Shown: one piece after another, positions 1-9,895 of the stretch
Layout of the letters: each line of letters opens with the position of its first letter
Position numbering within the stretch: the stretch's first letter is position 1
NCBI GenBank assembly: GCA_942493095.1
Contig: OW818675.1
Location: 780,001-812,000 of the forward strand
DNA: 32,000 nt
Direction: 5' to 3'
From: Candidatus Electronema halotolerans
GTDB lineage: Bacteria > Desulfobacterota > Desulfobulbia > Desulfobulbales > Desulfobulbaceae
The notes under the pieces: generated by a model
What the model saw: the letters and a program-made list of their open reading frames with translations, nothing else
Databases searched by the model: none
What the model was told of the DNA's origin: nothing
Translations under genes and position numbers: made by a program

Positions 1-1100
1 TTTTGGCATTCGATGCCGTACATATTGGCGGTCGGCCCGCCCACGTCATGGATGCGGCCCTTGAAGCCCGGGCTTTCCGCCAGCCGTCGGGCCTCGGCCA
101 AAATTGACTGCCTGCTCCGCCACGTGACAGTGCGGCCCTGATGCACAGCAATGGCGCAGAAGTTGCATTCGCCATAGCAGCCGCGATGCGAGGCGATGGA
201 AAAACGGATGGTCTCCAAGGCGCGCACCTTTCCTTTTTGCCTGTCAAAGGGATGCGCGTCATGCTGATAATCCAAGCTGTGGACCTGATCCAGTTCTGCC
301 TGACTGAGGGGCGGCTGGGGCGGATTATGAATCAGCCAGCGTGAACCGTGCTGCTGGGCCAGTCCCTGCGCGGTGATCGCATCATTGTTGGCATAGAAAA
401 GGCGGAACATTTCGGTAAAGGCCTTTTTCTCCGCAGGCGAGCTGCCAGCAACCTCCTCGTAAGATGGCAAAGTAAGATATGTTTCCGGTTTTGCCTTGGC
501 CGCATAGCAGAGACCGCGAATCTGATGCGCATCTCCACCGTCGCGCAGGGCTTCAGCCAATTCAACCACACTGCGTTCGGCCATGCCATAGAGCAGATAA
601 TCCGCCTTGGCATCAAGGAGAATGGAACGGCGCACCGCATTTGACCACCAGTCATAATGGGCAATGCGGCGCAGGCTGGCCTCAATGCCGCCGAGCACGA
701 TTGGGCAGGTCTTTTTGAAATGGGCGCGGATCAGATTGGCATAAACAAGCACGGCCCGGTCAGGACGGCGGTTGTTGAGACCGCCGGGCGTGTGATCGTC
801 CTGCTTTCGTTTTTTTCCTGAAGCCGTGTAGTTGGCGACCATCGAATCCACGCAGCCGCTGCTCACGCCCCAGAAGAGGCGCGGCTCGCCAAGACGGCGG
901 ATGTCATCGCTGCGCAGGTCTGGCTGGCTGATGATGCCGACCCGGAAGCCTGCCGCCTCCAGCACCCGACCAATCACAGCAGCACCGGCAAAGGGTGAGT
1001 CTATGTATGCGTCGCCATTGACAAGGATGACATCCAAGCCGTCCCAGCCGCGCTGGCGCAGCTCCTGCCGGGTCGTGGGCAGGAAAAGATTTTCAGGCAT
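1..1100 (-). CDS. ygiQ: YgiQ/UPF0313-family radical SAM protein, N-terminal part (runs off window start)
   Basis: Not in the ORF track because it is open at the edge. My minus-strand translation from 1100: MPENLFLPTTRQELRQRGWDGLDVILVNGDAYIDSPFAGAAVIGRVLEAAGFRVGIISQPD...FWGVSSGCVDSMVANYTASGKKRKQDDHTPGG..NRRPDRAVLVYANLIR...PIVLGGIEASLRRIAHYDWWSNAVRRSILLDAKADYLLYGMAER, typical of YgiQ. Confidence 0.93.
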   Translation of the reverse strand, partial: MPENLFLPTTRQELRQRGWDGLDVILVNGDAYIDSPFAGAAVIGRVLEAAGFRVGIISQPDLRSDDIRRLGEPRLFWGVSSGCVDSMVANYTASGKKRKQDDHTPGGLNNRRPDRAVLVYANLIRAHFKKTCPIVLGGIEASLRRIAHYDWWSNAVRRSILLDAKADYLLYGMAERSVVELAEALRDGGDAHQIRGLCYAAKAKPETYLTLPSYEEVAGSSPAEKKAFTEMFRLFYANNDAITAQGLAQQHGSRWLIHNPPQPPLSQAELDQVHSLDYQHDAHPFDRQKGKVRALETIRFSIASHRGCYGECNFCAIAVHQGRTVTWRSRQSILAEARRLAESPGFKGRIHDVGGPTANMYGIECQ

Positions 1101-2178
1101 CCTCACGCAGCAGGAGGAAGAGACCGGCAGCAGCCACGGTGAGATGAATGGAAAGGGCTGCGGCCAAGGGATTGAGATAATCCGCCTTGGCCAAGGATTG
1201 CAGAATCGCCCATATTCCCCAGCAGACAAAGGCCATGCCGCAGCTCACCGGCACAGCTAAGGACAGGTCGCGGCCCCATTTTTGATAGACTGTGAGCAGC
1301 AGGGGCAGGCCGAGCAGGAGCAGGGGCAGGCCGAGCAGGATATACGATATTCGGCCATAGAACTGCGCCCAGGCAAGTGCCCGGTCTTCTGGACTCTGCT
1401 TGCCGCGCAGGGCCTCCCGGTACAGCTCCAGCAGGGACAGCTCATAATTGCGATACTGAGGAACGAAAAAATCAGCGGGTTTCTGCGGAAACCTGAAACC
1501 ACGGCTGCTGAAGACTTCACTGCGGAAGCCGCCGCCGTCCTTGGCCACTTGCGCCTGCCCATTAAGTAGAATCCATGCGCCGTTCTGCCAGAAAGCAAGT
1601 TCTGCCGCAACCAAGGTGCGCAGCTCATACTTTTTATTCCACGTGGCGTAGGAAAAAAAAGCAAATTCATTGCTGCGCGGATCAGGGCGGGCAAAGGAGT
1701 AAAAGGTGTCATCGCCCTGATAATAATAGCGGCCATTGCGGTAAATGCCGAGCGGCACCTTGCCCTTGACCTCCTTGTTCCAGATTCGGTTGGTCTGGGC
1801 CGCAGTTTTTGGCAGGACAAACTGGGACAGGGCCATGAGCAGCAGGGTGGCGATGATGCCGCCGCCAATGATCGGCGCAGTGATCTGCTTGAGGGAAACT
1901 CCGCCCGCCTTGAGCGCGGTCAGCTCGTTGGAATGATTGAGCACTCCCAGCGTGACCACTCCGGCCAGCAGAATGCAGACCGGCCCCATCTGCTCGATGA
2001 CAAAGGGAATCGAAAGCAGAAAGAACTTGGCCACCAAGGCCATTGGCTTGCCTTTTTCAAGGAAGTTGTCAATCTTTTCAAAAAAATCGATGAGAATGTA
2101 AATGGCAATGAAGCTGAGGACAAGCAGCAGCATGTTCTTGGCAAACTGCCGGAGGATGTAGCGGCTGAGAATGTTCAA
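1093..2178 (-). CDS. lptG: LptF/LptG (YjgP/YjgQ) family LPS export permease
   Basis: 361 aa, MNILSRYILRQFAKNMLLLVLSFIAIYILIDFFEKIDNF...; multiple TM segments; TTG start; overlaps ygiQ start by 8 bp. Confidence 0.85.
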   Translation of the reverse strand: MNILSRYILRQFAKNMLLLVLSFIAIYILIDFFEKIDNFLEKGKPMALVAKFFLLSIPFVIEQMGPVCILLAGVVTLGVLNHSNELTALKAGGVSLKQITAPIIGGGIIATLLLMALSQFVLPKTAAQTNRIWNKEVKGKVPLGIYRNGRYYYQGDDTFYSFARPDPRSNEFAFFSYATWNKKYELRTLVAAELAFWQNGAWILLNGQAQVAKDGGGFRSEVFSSRGFRFPQKPADFFVPQYRNYELSLLELYREALRGKQSPEDRALAWAQFYGRISYILLGLPLLLLGLPLLLTVYQKWGRDLSLAVPVSCGMAFVCWGIWAILQSLAKADYLNPLAAALSIHLTVAAAGLFLLLREDA

Positions 2179-2232
2179 GGGTCGATGGACGGGTAATTTT
2201 TTCTTGCAAGATGCTGCTGTAAAAATTACCCT

Positions 2233-3837
2233 TTGCAGACTGTTCCGTCAAGCAATACCCGGAGAAGACGTTTGCTGCCCTCAGTTCCCCTGAGCACTGC
2301 TGTGCCAGTCAAGGCTGTGCCGCCCAGCCTTGCCGACAACACCGCTGATCTTGACCGGCTCAAGCTGGCCGTGGCTGCTGCCCTGCTGCCGCCATTGGCC
2401 GGACAGCCGCTGCATGTCCCTTTTGCCTGCATGGCCGTGCTGGCAGCCAAGTTCCGCGCTACCGGATTTGCAGGCTGGGCGATTGTGCAGGTGCTGCCGG
2501 AGCGGCTGGAGCTGATTGATTTTCTCCCGGAAAAACCAGTCCGACTGCTCGGCGCGGCCTTGGATTTAGGCTCCACCCATCTTGAAGCGAGCCTGCTTGA
2601 TCTGCTCACTGGCAAGGTGCTGGCCCGCCGCACGGCCCTGAATCAGCAAGTTAAATATGGAACCGACATCCTCAGCCGCATTCATTTTGCGGATAAGGAA
2701 GAGGGGCAAAATGTGCTCCAACAGGCCGCAGTCCGTTCCATCAGCGGCCTGCTCGACCAGCTCTGCCAAGAAGCTGCGGCCCAGCCAGAGGAAATCATTG
2801 CTCTGACTGCCGCAGGCAACACGACAATGGTGCATCTGCTCCTCGGCCTCAGCCCGCACCATCTCTGCCGGGAGCCATACATTCCCTTGGTCAACAGCCC
2901 TGACCCGCTGCCAGCCGCAGCAATCGGCCTGCGCCTCCATCCACAGGCCCGGCTCTGGCTCCTGCCCAGCCGGGGCAGCTATTTTGGCGGCGACCTGATT
3001 GCAGGCATTCTCGCGGTCGGGCTGGATCAGGCTGAGGAAATAGAAATGCTGATTGATGTCGGCACCAATGCCGAGGTGGTCTTGGGCAGCCGCGACTGGC
3101 TGATCGCCTGCGCCGGGGCAGCTGGCCCGGCCTTGGAAGGCGGAGTGGCGCGGATGGGCATGCGGGCCGCGCCCGGAGCCATTGAGCAGGTGACAATTGA
3201 CCGGGAAAACTGGCAGCTTGCTTGGCACAGCATTGCCGCCGCGCCGCCGACCGGCCTCTGCGGCTCCGGCCTTATCGACTTGGCCGCAGAACTGTATTTA
3301 GCCCGGATTATCGACCTGCGCGGCAAGTTTCAGCGTGAAATCAAGGGCCAGAGCGCGGCCCGGCAGGCCTTTGTTCAAGAACACCTGCTGGAGCGGGACG
3401 GAGAAACGATTTTTGCAGTCACTGACAGCGTGGCGGTCAGCCAGACGGACATTGATGCCATGATGCGCTCCAAAGCAGCCATGTATTCGATCTTAGAGAC
3501 TATATGCAGCCAAGTCGGGCTGAATTTTGAGGAGCTGACCCGGATTCATATTGCCGGAGCTTTTGGCAAGCATATCAATCCGCGCCAAGCTGTCACCTTG
3601 GGCATGCTGCCAGACCTGCCGCTCTCAGTGTTTCAGCCTGCGGGCAACACCGCCTTGCACGGGGCGGAAATGCTCCTTCTTGACCATGCGCTCTGGGAAC
3701 AGGCCAAGGCAGTCTGCCGCAAAATCACCTACGTGGAATTGAATGTCAATCAGGAATTCATGCTCTGTTTTTCAGGCTCACGCTTCATTCCTCACACTGA
3801 TCCAGTCCGTTTTCCCTCAGTGCCGCATTTTCGTTGA
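2233..3837 (+). CDS. ASKHA-domain (RACo C-terminal/DUF4445-like) corrinoid-activation-type ATPase, without an evident N-terminal 2Fe-2S domain
   Basis: 534 aa; LGAALDLGSTHLEASLLDLLTGKVL, NQQVKYGTDILSRI, GNTTMVHLLLGL, GGDLIAGILAVGL, EMLIDVGTNAEVVLG, CAGAAGPALEGG, HIAGAFGKHINP; TTG start. Confidence 0.85.
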   Translation: MQTVPSSNTRRRRLLPSVPLSTAVPVKAVPPSLADNTADLDRLKLAVAAALLPPLAGQPLHVPFACMAVLAAKFRATGFAGWAIVQVLPERLELIDFLPEKPVRLLGAALDLGSTHLEASLLDLLTGKVLARRTALNQQVKYGTDILSRIHFADKEEGQNVLQQAAVRSISGLLDQLCQEAAAQPEEIIALTAAGNTTMVHLLLGLSPHHLCREPYIPLVNSPDPLPAAAIGLRLHPQARLWLLPSRGSYFGGDLIAGILAVGLDQAEEIEMLIDVGTNAEVVLGSRDWLIACAGAAGPALEGGVARMGMRAAPGAIEQVTIDRENWQLAWHSIAAAPPTGLCGSGLIDLAAELYLARIIDLRGKFQREIKGQSAARQAFVQEHLLERDGETIFAVTDSVAVSQTDIDAMMRSKAAMYSILETICSQVGLNFEELTRIHIAGAFGKHINPRQAVTLGMLPDLPLSVFQPAGNTALHGAEMLLLDHALWEQAKAVCRKITYVELNVNQEFMLCFSGSRFIPHTDPVRFPSVPHFR

Positions 3838-3849
3838 GCAAAAGTCTGC

Positions 3850-3879
3850 TTGCATTTTTTTTTCTCCCTGTGCTAAGAT
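3850..3879 (+). promoter_or_regulatory. Putative sigma70-like promoter upstream of the DHH phosphoesterase gene
   Basis: TTGCAT (3850) - 18 bp - TAAGAT (3874). Confidence 0.3.
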
Positions 3880-3885
3880 AGAGTA

Positions 3886-4974
3886 TTGACCTGTCTTCAG
3901 ATAGAGCGCATTATTTCAAAACAAACCCTTGCAGGTGCCTCCTTGAAGCAGACACGATTGGAAAAAATTGCTGACACCGTCACCCGCAGTTCAAACCGCA
4001 ACTCCGCTCTCAACCGGCTGAACGGCTTTTATCAGCTTTTTGAAAAGACGGACGAGGTGTTGATTGTGATTGTCGCTGATCCTGACTCGTTGGCCAGCGC
4101 AATGGCGGTCAAACGGCTGCTCAGTTATCGGGTCGGCAGTGTGGTCATTGGCTATCCCAATGAAATCAGGCGGCTGAACAACATGACTATGGTCGAGCGG
4201 CTGAAAATTCCCATTGAACGCCTGCACACCCTCCAAGTCAATGACTATTCTAAGAAAATCATCCTTGACTCCCAGCCCACCCATCAGCCCTGCTTTGAAA
4301 AAATTCAGTTTGACGCCGTGATTGACCATCATCCGGTCACGCAGGGCTGGGATGCGAAATTCATTGATATCCGTCCTGATTACGGGGCAGTGTCCTCAAT
4401 GATGGTGGAGTATCTGCGCGCCGCCAATATCAGGCCCTCGGTTTCCTTGGCCACGGCCCTGTATTACGGCATCAAGGTTGACACCCAGAATTTTGAAAAG
4501 AAAAACATGCAGCTCGCTGACGGCATCTCGTTCCGCTATGTCTTCAGCCTTGCCAATCGCAACTTGGTGCGCAAATTCGAGCTGACTGAGCTGCGCCGCT
4601 CTGAGCTGAAATACTTCCGCATCGCCCTCAAGGAAGTCAAATTGAGCAAAGGCCGGGCTTATGCCCACATAGGCAAGGTCGGCACCCCGGACGTGCTGGT
4701 GATTATTGCTGATTTCCTTAATCATGTTGACAAATTCGACTGGGTGCTGGTTTCCGGCATCTACAGTGACAAGCTGATCATCATCCTCCGCTGCGACGGC
4801 TACCGCAAACATGCGGGCAAATTCGCGCTGAAGACTTTTGCCGAATACGGCTCCGCAGGCGGCCACCGGGAAGCGGCGCGGGCCGAACTGCCTCTGAAAA
4901 ATCTGCCGCCCCGGCGCGAGGGCCAGGACTTCACCACCGCCGCTCTGATGAAAATCGCCACCCGGCATCTGTAG
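3886..4974 (+). CDS. DHH/DHHA1-family phosphoesterase (NrnA/RecJ-like fold)
   Basis: 362 aa; IVIVADPDSLASAMAVKRLL, FDAVIDHHP, C-terminal GSAGGHREAARAE; TTG start as given. Confidence 0.82.
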   Translation: MTCLQIERIISKQTLAGASLKQTRLEKIADTVTRSSNRNSALNRLNGFYQLFEKTDEVLIVIVADPDSLASAMAVKRLLSYRVGSVVIGYPNEIRRLNNMTMVERLKIPIERLHTLQVNDYSKKIILDSQPTHQPCFEKIQFDAVIDHHPVTQGWDAKFIDIRPDYGAVSSMMVEYLRAANIRPSVSLATALYYGIKVDTQNFEKKNMQLADGISFRYVFSLANRNLVRKFELTELRRSELKYFRIALKEVKLSKGRAYAHIGKVGTPDVLVIIADFLNHVDKFDWVLVSGIYSDKLIIILRCDGYRKHAGKFALKTFAEYGSAGGHREAARAELPLKNLPPRREGQDFTTAALMKIATRHL

Positions 4975-4984
4975 CTTTCCCGCC

Positions 4985-5012
4985 TTGTCTTTTCTGTTGA
5001 ACAGGGTATAAT
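4985..5012 (+). promoter_or_regulatory. Putative sigma70-like promoter for the glgC-like pair
   Basis: TTGTCT - 16 bp - TATAAT about 75-95 bp upstream of the first GlgC-like ORF. Confidence 0.4.
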
Positions 5013-5087
5013 CCAATTGCGGAGCAGCGGCTTTTTTGCGCATTTCTGCCGGGTTTCCGCTGAACATCATTTCTTTGTCCAAAGCGA

Positions 5088-6347
5088 TTGCGGAGACTAT
5101 TTTCTATGGCAATGCCTTCCACATTGGCGATGATTCTGGCCGGGGGCCGTGTTGACGAACTGGGTGTGCTCACCCATTACCGTCCCAAATCCGCTGTCCC
5201 GTTCGGCGGCTTCGCCAGAGTGATCGACTTCCCGTTAAGCAACTTGATGCGCTCTGGCATTGAGCGCGTCGCCATTCTCAGCCAGTACCGGTCGTACTCG
5301 CTCATCAACCACATCGGCACGGGCGCGGCTTGGGACATGATTGGCCGCAACCGGGGCATCTTCATCCTGCCGCCGTTCAAGGATTACGAAAATCCGCACT
5401 GGTACCGGGGATCAGCGGACGCAGTCTATCAGAACCTTGATTTTGTCCGCCACCATAAGCCGGAGGAGATTCTCATTCTCTCTGGCGATCATATTTATGC
5501 AATGGATTACCGGCAGCTGATTCGGTTTCATAACGAGCAGGACGCTGATTTGACTGCCGCCTTCATCCGGGTGGAGAAAATAAGTTCAGCCCGCCGCTTT
5601 GGCGTGGCCGAGATTGCTGATGATCATGCTGAGGGCGGACGGTTGCTCTCCTATGAGGAAAAACCAGCGGCGCCAAAAGGCGAATGGGCCTCGCTGACCG
5701 TGCTCTGCTTCCGGCCCCAAGTCCTGACAGCGGTGCTCAAGGAGAACCAAGCCTCATCGTCTTATGAATTTGGCCGCGACATCATCCCGATGATGATGGA
5801 ACAGGGCATGAAAGTTTTTGGCTATAAATTCAACGGCTACTGGGGCTACAGCCGGACTGTGGATGAATACTGGCGCACCTCCATGGACCTGCTCGGCGAC
5901 AAGCCGCTGATTGACATGGAACAATGGGGCATCCGCACCAATCTGGAGCATCGCGGCATCCGCGACTGTCAGCCGCTGCAAGTGGGAAAAGATGGCCTCA
6001 TGGACAACTCAATGGCCTATAACGGCTGCATTGTTGAAGGCAAGGTGCGGAATTCGATTCTCTTTCCCGGTGTGCGGGTGGCCAAGGGCGCGGAAGTCAG
6101 CAACTCAATCCTTTTTTTCAACAACGTGGTCAAGGAAGACAGCAAACTGGAGCGGGTGATCAGCGATGTCAACACCACTTTTGGCAGCCAAGTGCGGATC
6201 GGCACTGCTCAAGGCCGGGTGACTGTGATTGGCTGGAACAATCAGGTGCCAGACGGCATGGTCATTGGCGGCGGCTGCACGGTTGCCCCGGAAATACCTG
6301 ACAACGGCTGGCCGCAGGCTCTGGCTGATCTGGAGGAGCTGCGATGA
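5088..6347 (+). CDS. Glucose-1-phosphate adenylyltransferase-like protein, divergent paralog 1 (start may be the internal ATG at 5106)
   Basis: 419 aa; LAMILAGGRVDELGVLTHYRPKSAVPFGGFARVIDFPLSNLM, LSGDHIYAMDYRQLI, C-terminal left-handed beta-helix type repeats. Confidence 0.85.
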   Translation: MRRLFSMAMPSTLAMILAGGRVDELGVLTHYRPKSAVPFGGFARVIDFPLSNLMRSGIERVAILSQYRSYSLINHIGTGAAWDMIGRNRGIFILPPFKDYENPHWYRGSADAVYQNLDFVRHHKPEEILILSGDHIYAMDYRQLIRFHNEQDADLTAAFIRVEKISSARRFGVAEIADDHAEGGRLLSYEEKPAAPKGEWASLTVLCFRPQVLTAVLKENQASSSYEFGRDIIPMMMEQGMKVFGYKFNGYWGYSRTVDEYWRTSMDLLGDKPLIDMEQWGIRTNLEHRGIRDCQPLQVGKDGLMDNSMAYNGCIVEGKVRNSILFPGVRVAKGAEVSNSILFFNNVVKEDSKLERVISDVNTTFGSQVRIGTAQGRVTVIGWNNQVPDGMVIGGGCTVAPEIPDNGWPQALADLEELR

Positions 6348-7627
6348 GAGATATAAACGACGCATTGGTGCTGCTGCTGGCAGGCGGAATCGGCAGCCGC
6401 CTGAATATTTTGGTTGGTCATCGGGCCAAACCAGCAGTGCCTTTTGGCGGCCTGTACCGGATCATTGACTTTTCCCTCTCCAATGTGATGAACGCCGGTC
6501 TGAGCAAGGTCGGGGTGCTGACCCAGTACAAGCCGCTCTCGCTGATGCGGCACATCCGCAACGGCCAGCCGTGGGATTTCACCGGGCGGACGCGGGGCGT
6601 GGAAATCCTGCCGCCGCGCACTGGCGAAAAAGATTCAGACTGGTACAAGGGCACCGCCGACGCGATCCGGCAGAATATTGACTTCATCAAAGCCAATCCT
6701 TCCGAGCAGGTGGTCATTCTTTCCGGTGATCATATTTACCGGATGGATCTCAATGACATGATCGCCTGCCACCGGGCGAAAAAGGCGGGCATCACCATTG
6801 GCATGATGGTGGTGCCAATGAGCGAGATTCACCAGTTCGGGGCCGGCATTGTTGACGAGGAAAACCGAATTGTTGACTGGGAGGAAAAGCCCAAGGTGGC
6901 CCGCACCAATCTCGCCTCAATGGGCATTTATGTCTTTGACACCGAATATTTGCTCGCCATGCTGGCCCGCGACCGCAAGGAAATTGACTTTGGCATGCAC
7001 ATCATTCCCAAAGCGATTGAGGAGCGGCAGGTCTTTGCTTATCCCTTTTACGGCTACTGGCGTGATGTCGGCACCATTCAGGCCTACTGGGATGCGAACA
7101 TGGACATCATCCGCCCGGATTCCGGCATCTCGCCGGAGGAATGGGGCATCCGTCCCAATGCCGAGAGCAGTCGCCGGACTATGGACCGCGCCCCGGCCCG
7201 TTTCGCTGCTGGCTGCACAGTTCAGTCCTCGCTGATCAGCGCAGGCTGCGTGATTGAGGGCACAGTGATCAATTCCGTGCTCTCGCCTGGGGTGACAGTG
7301 CAAAAAGGGGCAGTGGTCCGTGATTCGGTCATTTTTGAAGATGCGCTGATTGAGGCGGATGCAGTCGTTGATCTGGTGGTTGCGGACAAGCGGGTGCAGA
7401 TCGGCAAAGGCGCAGTCGTCGGTTTCGGCGATGCGGCAGCGAAAAAAATCAAGAACAAGGACTTTCCCACCCATCTCTACAGCGGCATCACCCTGCTTGG
7501 CAAGGAGGCCCGGATTCCTGCTGGCCTCAAGATCGGCAGAAACTGCATTTTCCAGGCCGGCTGGGGCCGAAACGAGGCAGTCTTGCCGGAAGATGCAGGC
7601 CACGGGGCAGTTTTTTCTGCTGCCTGA
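6344..7627 (+). CDS. glgC: Glucose-1-phosphate adenylyltransferase
   Basis: 427 aa; LLLAGGIGSRLNILVGHRAKPAVPFGGLYRIIDFSLSNVMNAG, VVILSGDHIYRMDL, VGTIQAYWDANMDI; ATGA overlap with the upstream ORF. Confidence 0.93.
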   Translation: MRDINDALVLLLAGGIGSRLNILVGHRAKPAVPFGGLYRIIDFSLSNVMNAGLSKVGVLTQYKPLSLMRHIRNGQPWDFTGRTRGVEILPPRTGEKDSDWYKGTADAIRQNIDFIKANPSEQVVILSGDHIYRMDLNDMIACHRAKKAGITIGMMVVPMSEIHQFGAGIVDEENRIVDWEEKPKVARTNLASMGIYVFDTEYLLAMLARDRKEIDFGMHIIPKAIEERQVFAYPFYGYWRDVGTIQAYWDANMDIIRPDSGISPEEWGIRPNAESSRRTMDRAPARFAAGCTVQSSLISAGCVIEGTVINSVLSPGVTVQKGAVVRDSVIFEDALIEADAVVDLVVADKRVQIGKGAVVGFGDAAAKKIKNKDFPTHLYSGITLLGKEARIPAGLKIGRNCIFQAGWGRNEAVLPEDAGHGAVFSAA

Positions 7628-7694
7628 TGCGGAAAGGCTTGCCTTTGTCCTTTGCTTTCAGTAGAATCCTGCCGTGTCTGAGAGCAATGTTCAT

Positions 7695-7771
7695 GCGCCC
7701 GTAGCTCAGTAGGATAGAGCACCAGATTCCTAATCTGGGTGCCGCAGGTTCGACTCCTGCCGGGCGCACCA
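7695..7771 (+). tRNA. tRNA-Arg(CCT), CCA encoded
   Basis: GCGCCCG TAGCTCAGTAGGATAGAGC A CCAGA TTCCTAA TCTGG GTGCC GCAGG TTCGACT CCTGC CGGGCGC ACCA: 7-bp acceptor stem, 5-bp anticodon stem, T-loop TTCGACT. Confidence 0.96.
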
Positions 7772-7850
7772 TCTCACACCCTGCGCAGTTCCATCCCTTC
7801 CGTCCTTTTTACTGACGTATTTTTTCAACATATCAGGATAACAATTTATT

Positions 7851-8813
7851 ATGAAAGCTGTGCCGCAAAAAAAACGGATAGTAGTCACCGGCGGAGCTGG
7901 TTTTCTCGGTTCGCATCTCTGCGAGCGGCTGCTGGCTGAAGGGCAGGAAGTGATCTGTCTCGACAACTTCTTCACCGGCGGCAAGCAGAACATTGTTCAT
8001 CTGCTTGACAATCCCTATTTCGAGCTGATCCGCCACGATGTGACCTTGCCGCTTTATATCGAGGTGGATGAAATCTACAACCTCGCCTGCCCGGCCTCGC
8101 CCATTCATTATCAGTACGATCCGGTGCAGACCACCAAAACCTCGGTGCATGGGGCAATCAACATGCTGGGGCTGGCCAAGCGGGTCAGGGCCAAGATTTT
8201 TCAGGCTTCCACCTCTGAGGTTTATGGTGATCCGCAGGTGCATCCGCAGCCGGAATCCTACTGGGGGAATGTCAATCCCAATGGCCTGCGCTCCTGTTAT
8301 GACGAGGGCAAGCGCTGCGCTGAAACGCTCTTTTTTGACTACCATCGCCAGCACAGGCTGCGGATCAAAGTCGCCCGGATTTTCAACACCTACGGCCCGC
8401 GCATGCACCCCAATGACGGACGGGTGGTGTCCAATTTCATTGTTCAAGCCCTGCAGGGCCAGCCGATAACCATTTACGGCGACGGCTCCCAGACCCGCTC
8501 CTTCTGCTATGTGGATGATTTGATTGAAGCCTTCATCCGCCTGATGAACACGGATGATGACTTCACCGGCCCGGTCAACACCGGCAATCCGGGCGAGTTC
8601 ACCATCCTGCAACTGGCAGAAACCGTGCTGGAGCTGACCGGCTCCAAATCGGAATTGGTCTTCAAGTCCTTGCCGCAGGATGATCCCAAACAGCGGCGGC
8701 CTGACATCACCTTGGCCAAGGAAAAACTCGGCTGGGAGCCTAAGATTTCCCTCCGCGAAGGACTGATTCCAACCATCACCTATTTTGATAATTTTCTGAA
8801 AGGACAGCCGTGA
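7851..8813 (+). CDS. UDP-glucuronate decarboxylase (UXS)-like NAD-dependent epimerase/dehydratase
   Basis: 320 aa; [103 protein letters not shown]. Confidence 0.93.
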   Translation: MKAVPQKKRIVVTGGAGFLGSHLCERLLAEGQEVICLDNFFTGGKQNIVHLLDNPYFELIRHDVTLPLYIEVDEIYNLACPASPIHYQYDPVQTTKTSVHGAINMLGLAKRVRAKIFQASTSEVYGDPQVHPQPESYWGNVNPNGLRSCYDEGKRCAETLFFDYHRQHRLRIKVARIFNTYGPRMHPNDGRVVSNFIVQALQGQPITIYGDGSQTRSFCYVDDLIEAFIRLMNTDDDFTGPVNTGNPGEFTILQLAETVLELTGSKSELVFKSLPQDDPKQRRPDITLAKEKLGWEPKISLREGLIPTITYFDNFLKGQP

Positions 8814-9895
8814 AAACAGCTCTGATCACCGGCATCACCGGTCAGGACGGTGCCTATTTGGCCGAATTTCTTTTAAGCAAAGGCTACATGGTGCATGGCA
8901 TCAAACGCCGGGCCTCGCTCTTCAACACCGACCGGGTCGATCATCTTTACCAAGACCCGCATGAGGAAGATGTCCGCTTCCAGCTCCATCACGGCGACCT
9001 GACGGATTCCACCAATCTGATCAGAATCATGCAGGAAGTGCAGCCAGATGAAATTTACAATCTGGCGGCGCAGAGTCATGTGGCGGTGTCGTTCGAGACC
9101 CCGGAATACACGGCTAACAGCGATGCCCTTGGCACCTTGCGTCTGTTGGAGGCCATCCGCATTCTTGGTTTGGAGCGCAAGAGCCGCTTCTATCAGGCTT
9201 CGACCTCGGAGCTGTTCGGCAAGGTGCAGGAGATTCCCCAGACGGAAAAAACGCCGTTTTATCCGCGTTCTCCGTATGGAGTGGCCAAGCTCTATTCGTA
9301 CTGGATCACGGTCAATTACCGGGAAGCCTATAATATTTATTGCTGCAACGGCATTCTTTTCAACCACGAGTCACCTGTCCGGGGCGAGACCTTTGTCACC
9401 CGCAAGATCACCAGAGCCTTGGCCCGGATCAAGCTCGGCTTGCAGGAAACGCTCTTTCTCGGCAATCTTGATGCCAAGCGCGACTGGGGTCATGCCAAGG
9501 ATTACGTGCGGATGCAGTGGCTGATGCTCCAGCAGGATGAGCCGGAGGATTTTGTCATTGCCACCGGGGTGCAGCATTCGGTGCGGGAATTTGTCGAAAT
9601 TGCCGCCGCTGAACTGGGAATGGCCGTTGCTTGGCAGGGCGGGGGCGTTGAAGAGGTCGGCATTGAGCAGCAGAGCGGCAAGGTCATTGTCCGCATTGAT
9701 CCGCGCTATTTCCGTCCGACTGAGGTCGAGACCCTGCTCGGCGACCCGTCCAAGGCCAAGGAAAAATTAGGCTGGGAGCCGAAGATCACTTTTGCCCAGC
9801 TTGTGCAGGAAATGGTCAGAGAGGATTTGAAGATTGCCGAGCGTGATCAGATTGTCCGGCAGAAAGGGTATAAGGCGTATAATTATTTTGAGTAA
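8810..9895 (+). CDS. gmd: GDP-mannose 4,6-dehydratase
   Basis: 361 aa; [95 protein letters not shown]; GTG start in a GTGA overlap with the upstream gene. Confidence 0.95.
   Translation: MKTALITGITGQDGAYLAEFLLSKGYMVHGIKRRASLFNTDRVDHLYQDPHEEDVRFQLHHGDLTDSTNLIRIMQEVQPDEIYNLAAQSHVAVSFETPEYTANSDALGTLRLLEAIRILGLERKSRFYQASTSELFGKVQEIPQTEKTPFYPRSPYGVAKLYSYWITVNYREAYNIYCCNGILFNHESPVRGETFVTRKITRALARIKLGLQETLFLGNLDAKRDWGHAKDYVRMQWLMLQQDEPEDFVIATGVQHSVREFVEIAAAELGMAVAWQGGGVEEVGIEQQSGKVIVRIDPRYFRPTEVETLLGDPSKAKEKLGWEPKITFAQLVQEMVREDLKIAERDQIVRQKGYKAYNYFE

Noticed and set aside
7695-9895. tRNA-Arg as an integration site for a genomic island
   Set aside because: No integrase and no duplicated tRNA 3' end were noticed downstream; the adjacent genes are sugar-nucleotide enzymes
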